Below, one piece after another: positions 56,939 to 64,000 of a stretch of 64,000 bases of DNA. Below the pieces are notes generated by a model that ran no database searches, was not told the origin of the DNA, and saw nothing but the letters and a program-made list of their open reading frames with translations. Numbering within the stretch: position 1 is the first letter of the stretch; every line of letters begins with the position of its first letter. Source of the DNA: Eledone cirrhosa. Lineage: Eukaryota. Position numbers and translations under genes: made by a program. Location of the stretch: assembly GCA_964016885.1 (NCBI GenBank), contig OZ024740.1, forward strand, positions 121,210,001 to 121,274,000, given 5' to 3'.

Positions 56939-57299
56939 TGTAGGGAATCGGTGGGTATTAAAAGGGAAAACGGAAAACAGTGTTCAATTTAGGAAATTAA
57001 AACAATAATTATTTGAACTCTAAGAACGAGAATTGTCCTGAATGTCTCCATCTCAAAGGCGACCACTTTACTAAGAAGAAAACACTCAATAAATTCAATC
57101 GAGCTTCAGCAACCTTGATATTGATTAGTATAAGCTTTCTTTTTCCATATTATTGGTACACCTTTTATACAACTTCACTAACAAACTTCAATAAATAAAT
57201 AGAACCTTTCTATGGTACATACTGCCATGTATAATCATACATGTGATGTACGTACCCATTTACATATATATATTGATTGCTTATGTCACAGATTTTAAT

Positions 57300-57520
57300 A
57301 ATTGTTTCTACTTTTAGCACAAGGCCACCAATTATACCAGTGTATTACTGGTACTTTATTTTATCGACTTAATAATTGTTTCTTCTTTAGGCACAAGGCC
57401 AGCAAATACCCAGTGCATTACTGGTACTTTATTTTATCGACCCCGTAAGGATGAAAGGCAAAGTCAACCTCGGCGGGATTTGAATTCAGATCGTAAAGGG
57501 ACGTAACTATGCTGGAAAGC
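57300..57520 (-). mobile_element. tRNA-derived SINE: partial copy plus a longer copy
   Basis: Same family as 13150-13530. Confidence 0.8.
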
Positions 57521-57539
57521 ATCGACTTAATAATGCGGA

Positions 57540-58250
57540 AAAATTCCGAATACTTGTGGCGGATTGAGATAGCGATGTCCCTGCACGCAGGCCTCTTGAT
57601 AGGTTTCATAAACTGCGCCAATCCCTTTACGAAGTTCATAAAAATCGTGAGAGTCTCTAATTTTATTAAGTATTATCCTCAAGTGGTACCGCTCTCCTGG
57701 TACCAAGTATTGCTGCTTTACGAATTTGAGAATTGTTTTCTACAGGTCTTCCATGTTTTCGCCTGTTCTCTTTTCGTCTCTGTTTATCAAAGGTGTAGTA
57801 GGATGATATTTGTCCGTATAGTAGTGTTTATTCAAAGCTGTCAGTACTATAAAGTTTACAAATGCTAATAAAGTTGTCGTTAATGGTTTAGGGAATGCTG
57901 GGTGCATTTCACACTGTAAAACACACTCACTCTCTATTTTTCAAATGGACGTCAAGTCTTTAAACCCGTTGATAATCGGCCTGAATAGTGAATCCAAAAA
58001 TCTGACAGAACGCTTCGTTACTGCTGAAATATTGGCCGTGTTGGAAGTGGGAAACCTCATCGGACATGTTTCGTTGTTGTATGCAATTATGGCAGCATCT
58101 GAATATTGTTGACATATTTGCGCAGTTAATTTATAATACCCTCCCCTTGTTCCACACATGCGTTCCATTAATGGGGAAAAGGTGATTGCGACCATGCCAG
58201 AAATCATATTAGTTGGAAACAAACATTTCTTCGTGATCACCAGCGGGTGC
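57540..58250 (-). mobile_element. Possible very old PLE RT remnant
   Basis: PMRFPTSN..AVTKRSVRFLDSLFRPII resembles the PLE RPI.S..T..LSKFLD.LL.P region. Heavily decayed. Confidence 0.35.
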
Positions 58251-58673
58251 TTTTCAATAAAGTTAAACTGCTAAGAGGTGCTTATCTTTAACTCATAAGG
58301 TCTCTGTCACTCCCCGCCTTCGTTCCCGGAAAAAAGAGTCTTTGGAGAGTGAATCAACTGTCTGATCGATCGAAAACAAACGAAAAACATTCTAGAAAAG
58401 AAAAATATTTTGACTCAAGAAATCGAGTGTCTCACTTCACTTCACCACTCATTCAGTTTTCGGATTATATTGCGAGCATGTCGGTGGGCCGATTAGGTGA
58501 AAAGCCACGAAAAATCAATTTTATTTTGTTTTATTAGCGGCCAACGTAGAAACAAATAAGTAAACTTCATTTTTCTCAGTATTATATATGAAATGAATAT
58601 TCTTATACTCCACTAACGTATTTGCAGTGGTCCCCCTCGATTTACATCGGGATCCTACACACGCACACGCACA

Positions 58674-58768
<95 letters not shown>

Positions 58769-58769
58769 T

Positions 58770-59790
58770 AAACAAAGAGAAGTGTGTTACACAGTGAGAT
58801 GTGTGTAAATAATTATTACAAGTGAGTTTTGCCGTTACTGTATAGAGAACAATATCTACAGGTTTAACAATTAAATAGAAAAAAACTAAGTCAGAATCAA
58901 ATCTCTGAATTAGAGTTTTAAATTACCAACCTTATAACTATAAGTTTGCTGATACGAATCTCGCTTCGTTTCACCACTGTATGTGCTTAAAACTCTAATT
59001 CAGAGCTTTGATTCTGACTTAGTTTTATTTCTTTTTAATTGCTAAACCTCTAGATATTGTTCTATATACAGTAACGGTATAACTCACTTGTAATAATTCT
59101 TTACACACATCTCACTGTGTAACACAATTCTCTTTGTGTAATATATTTGCATTTGAACTCAGAAGGAAATTCTCTATTCTTCTTTGAGCTAATACTATTA
59201 TTATTATTACAGTGAACTGCGGAATACTCTTAATTCCGATATTTGTATACTTAACGAGCTCCAAATTGTTGAGCTAATAAATTCGAATGGTTGGGCTGCT
59301 CTCTCTAGCATTTTCCCCCAATCCATGAGAGCCGTTATTTGATGCAAATAACACGTGATTTCGCCCTACTCTGGGCAGCGTGTATATTAGCTTTCTCTCT
59401 ATCCATGAGGTTAGATGTGTCGTGAACAGTGTCCACATTTGCTGACTGAGGATCCTGTGGCCTGTTATACTGCACATATCAGTGGTGAAACGAAGCGAGA
59501 TTCGTATCAGCAAACTTATAGTTATAAGGTTGGTAATTTAAAACTCTAATTCAGAGATTTGATTCTGACTTAGTTTTTTTCTGTTTAATTGCTAAACCTG
59601 TAGATATTGTTCTCTATACAGTAATGGTAAAACTCACTTGTAATAATTATTTACACACATCTCACTGTGTAACACACTTCTCTTTGTGTAATATATTTGC
59701 ATTTGAGCTCAGAAGGAAATTCTCTATTCTTCTTTGAGCTAATACTATTATTATTATTACAGTGAACTGCGGAATACACTTAATTCCGAT
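58770..59790. mobile_element. ORF-less ~550-bp partial-tandem unit with an inverted upstream copy and a hammerhead
   Basis: 58988-59240 is repeated at 59539-59790. 58770-58980 is the reverse complement of ~59480-59690. Confidence 0.8.
59438..59514 (+). ncRNA. Canonical type-I hammerhead ribozyme with a true stem III
   Basis: TTTGCTGA-CTGAGGA-[34-nt imperfect stem II]-GAAA-CGAA gcgaga TTCG-TA-TCAGCAAA. 8-bp stem I and a GUA cleavage triplet. Confidence 0.85.
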
Positions 59791-59799
59791 CTTATATAT

Positions 59800-59915
59800 A
59801 TAGGAAAATGTTTAACACCGACGACAGGGCTCAAGCTGTTTCGACGGCTATTTCTGAACCCGAAATAGCTGTCGAAACGGCTTGAGCTCTGCCGTCGGGG
59901 TTAAATATTTTCCTA
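59800..59915. repeat. ~55-bp-arm palindrome
   Basis: aggaaaat..gacggctatttc / gaaatagctgtc..attttcct. Confidence 0.85.
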
Positions 59916-60606
59916 TTACCCACTCGACTACCCTAAATATTTAGTACACTGGTGCGTTATGGTCCATCTGGTTTCTTACCACACTTCCTTCGTTATATAT
60001 ATATATCCAGAGAGTGGAAGCTGGAGTTTCTGTAGGTTCACCCGGGTGAGCACTAGATGTTTAGGTTCACTTCAGTATATATGGCAGGCTTCCACACTTT
60101 CTTCGTTTACTAAACTCCACTGTCACACTTGAGCATCAGTCAAATCGAAAATAATTTAAAAGTCAGTTGTCTAGCTAACGAACCACGACGTATGATTGAA
60201 TCAAGAAGCTAGTGATGGCCCGTATCAGACTATTTATATGTACCACCATGGTTGCTCCCATATTAGTAAATGATAGCAAGAATTAGAAGTGACGGAAACA
60301 GACAAAACAACAGTGGTAGCAATTACTATCATTGGTATTGTCTGTGATTTGCTATCGAATTCCAATTATTAGTCTCGTACGACATGCAAGCTTATGAAAT
60401 TTGATATATATTTGACACGAATTTTACCGTCATGATTAATGTATTATTTTAAATGTGCCTATGTATGTATGTATGCATATATTCACATACATAAACGCTC
60501 ACATACACACGCATACACACACACGCACACACAAACACATACACATGTATATATACATTTGTACATTTTGTACATATATATCCGTGTGTGCGTAGCCACA
60601 CACACA

Positions 60607-60727
<121 letters not shown>

Positions 60728-61310
60728 AATATACATACACATAAATACATACACACACATATACATATATAAACCTATACATCAAATTTAAACACAAATG
60801 AATGTATGCGCGAATACACTCTCATTGACGGTGGTTCGAGGTGAAACCTTTTTCACTTGTATTTAGTTTTCGATACTGTTCGGCTCTTCTATCAAAAAGT
60901 TGAAATAAAAAAACAAAACAAAAAACGAAACAATAAAATAATAATAATAATCTAAATCGATCAGTAAGACAGAGATAAGTGATCATGCCAAATGATAATT
61001 TGAAATACCCGACTGAAGTAATTTATTTTCCTGATAATGTCGTGGCGAGACGAATATATAAACACGGGGAGGGCAATGGGTGGGTGTTAGGATGATGGAA
61101 GAGCACAAGTAAATTTTCCTTAAAATGACTGAATATAATTACTACGAGAAACCTCATAGCTTAATGTCTTATTTATTTATGCGTTTATTCATTTACTCAC
61201 TTCTGTACTTACTTGCTTACGGAAACACTAATTTAATAATTGTTCCCTGCACGAAACGAATGTCCAAATTTTAAAATCCGATCGTCGGAAATCAAAGAGT
61301 ACCCCCCCCC

Positions 61311-61313
<3 letters not shown>

Positions 61314-61393
<80 letters not shown>

Positions 61394-61398
61394 CACAG

Positions 61399-61431
<33 letters not shown>

Positions 61432-61457
61432 TATATATATATATATAAATGTATACA

Positions 61458-61510
<53 letters not shown>

Positions 61511-61517
61511 TATACAG

Positions 61518-61549
<32 letters not shown>

Positions 61550-61591
61550 TATACAGTATATATATATATATATATATATAAATATATACAG

Positions 61592-61623
<32 letters not shown>

Positions 61624-61687
61624 TATACAGTACATATATATATATATAAATATATACAGTACATATATATATATATAAATATATACA

Positions 61688-61766
<79 letters not shown>

Positions 61767-61767
61767 C

Positions 61768-61798
<31 letters not shown>

Positions 61799-61816
61799 CA
61801 TATATATATATATATA
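61314..61816. repeat. (TA)n array with periodic CAG and AA interruptions (nascent minisatellite)
   Basis: Recurring unit cag(TA)n-aa-tata. Confidence 0.9.
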
Positions 61817-62597
61817 CGAGTTATTGCTAATTACTCTGTTATATATCAGTAGGATTTGTATTGGGATGTCTAAAGTAGCGATCAAACCTAACTGAAATTC
61901 CCTGCATGAAACAAATGTTAAGACATATTATATATACGTATTTCTGTCATATGAACGTATGGCTGTTTTACAATCGCTACAACAGCTACCAACAACGGTA
62001 TGATAACATCAGATGTTAAGAGAGTTATGTGAATGGCTTGATAATATCAGGAGCTAAAGCCACCATTTTTGCGAATGTCTAGAGAACATATGAGTCGCCT
62101 TGTATTTGTTTCTTACATTCCTCCCTTTTTGTATCACTTTTGTCATTGGTGGATTTTATATACTCTATAGAATTGTATTAATGTAAATGTTGAGAACTGA
62201 AGTATGTAGTCTATTTTAATTTAAGCTTTATCAATTGTGTCGAGCTCGTGGCTATAAAATCTCAGGCAATTCATTATCTCAATATATCTGCGAATTCATC
62301 TGTCAACACCACTTCTCTGTGGTCACCAAATATTTATTTTTTCAGCCTAAGACGTTGTGTGTTCAGCAAGCACTGTAGTCTTTTTATTACAATAAAATTA
62401 GCGATAGCGACATCACTTCCATTTTTAACATCAACATCACCAATTGGTTACCATGACAATGAATACAAAAAAACAAAAACAAACGAAATAAATACAAAAC
62501 TAATACTCATACCAAAACCAGCAACGGTCATAATGAAATAATACGATATTGATAAGAATTAATGACAGAATTGTAATAATTTAAAATTAATAATAAG

Positions 62598-63015
62598 AGT
62601 TTCTACTTCCGGCACAAGGCCAGCAATTTGAAGGGGGGAGGAAAGTCGATTAAATTGACCCTAGTACATTATTGGTGCTTTATTTTATTGACACCGTAAG
62701 GATAAAGTGAAAAGCTAACCTCGGTGGGATTTGAAATCAGAACATAAAGGGCCATAACTCTATGCTGCAAATTATGGTTTCTGACGCTCTACCGATCCTG
62801 CCAATCCTCCGCCCTAGTAATAATATTGATTATAATTGTTTCTACTTTTAGCACAAGGCCAGCAATCATCCCAATGTATTACTGGTACTTTATGTTATCG
62901 ACCCCGTAAGTATCAAAGGCAAAGTTAACCTCGGCGGGATTTGAACTCAGACCATAACACTGTGCTGCAAAGCATGGCGTCAGACCCTGTACCGATACTG
63001 CCAATCTACCGCCCT
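62598..63015 (-). mobile_element. Two tandem tRNA-derived SINE copies
   Basis: 62598-62815 and 62833-63015. Minus-strand head GGCGG.GGATTGGCAG..TCGGTA..GAGTTCAAATCC. Confidence 0.82.
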
Positions 63016-63086
63016 TATAATAATATTGATAATAATAATAATAATAATGACTATAACAATATTTACAATGACTATGACAATAATGC

Positions 63087-64000
63087 TTTCTTTATTAACC
63101 ACAAGGGTTTACACAAAGTAAGACATTAAGGACAGTACAGGACAATACAGGACAATACAAGACGGTACAAATGGGCATTTCTGCGTGTAAAAAAAACAAA
63201 AACAGAGGATGTAACAAAAAAAAAAACAATGAAAAATTCCCCAATAGGGAAGAGACTTCCGAGGAACATTCGCGGAGAAAGCCCATTAAAAAAGCCACGG
63301 TGAACCTGATCACCAGGGCAAGTGCCCTCTCCGAGTTTCCCACCTTCAATTTACAGGCACATACTCAGAGTAGGCCCATTTACACAGGCCATTCTTGCCT
63401 CTCTCACCCATCTTTCAACAAAATGCTGGGAAGAGAGCACTTCCCTCTCTACCCTGATTTTCCTTTTCAAATGAAATTTGAAAAAGTTAATCAGAGCATC
63501 ACCGAAGAGGTAAGTGCTCGTCTTCAACCTTTTCAAACGCGTCAACCATACTATCTCTTTCCCCATGGCTACCAGACAGATAAAAACTGCAGCTTTTCCC
63601 GGCTAAAGGAAGAGGACGGGGCAATCCTCACGATGGATTCAGCTGATAGCCGAATCCGTCCTACATGCGACAGTAGGTGTTCGACATAAACCCACAAGTT
63701 AGCAATGCTCGGACCTTGGACGACTGCATGCAGGACGGTTTCGTCACCTTGCGCGCATCTCGGACATACCCGGCTGACAGCACTTCTATGCCTATAGAGT
63801 TTATCCCGAACTGGCAAAGTTCCTTGTAGTACTGCCAGGACAGAGATCTCTGGAAGTTTTCCATAGTTCTTCCGAAGAGATTGGCTAGTTGATTTTTGTC
63901 GACGCTTCCAGTTTCCCCACGTAGGTCCTCGCACTTTCCCTCCACTAATCCTATATAGAACGTCAAGGTGGAGTTTCCACCGATCACAATGCCCGACATG
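63087..64000 (-). mobile_element. 3' end of a second L1/Tx1-like LINE that runs off the window
   Basis: LPVRDKLYRH..CPRC..ETVLHAVV, FVERWVREARMACVNGPTL, homologous to 55124-55651. Ends AATAAAGAAA. Confidence 0.9.

Noticed and set aside
59819-59885. CCGACGA...GAAA as another hammerhead
   Set aside because: The apparent stems come from the palindrome itself, and no stem I closes the motif.

Overview
AT-rich, microsatellite-dense eukaryotic DNA made almost entirely of transposable elements. I found no convincing host gene. The SINE type and the (TA)n/(CA)n load suggest an octopus-like cephalopod, which is an inference. Contents: several decayed Penelope-like element (PLE) families with RT and GIY-YIG endonuclease, mostly sitting in (TA)n tracts; a young but disabled Gypsy LTR element (276-bp LTRs, 5-bp target-site duplication) nested in a PLE ORF; a near full-length L1/Tx1 LINE flanked by (ATCT)n; CRE- and RTE-like LINE remnants; tRNA-derived SINEs; and a non-coding 507-bp LTR pair. 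The most striking feature is a dense set of type-I hammerhead ribozyme motifs from several unrelated repeat families. About 7 have clear folds and more are degenerate, including recurrent CCGAnGA core variants. They lie mostly in long fold-back palindromes or in ORF-less direct-repeat units resembling retrozymes. All coordinates and folds were read by eye, so element edges are approximate.
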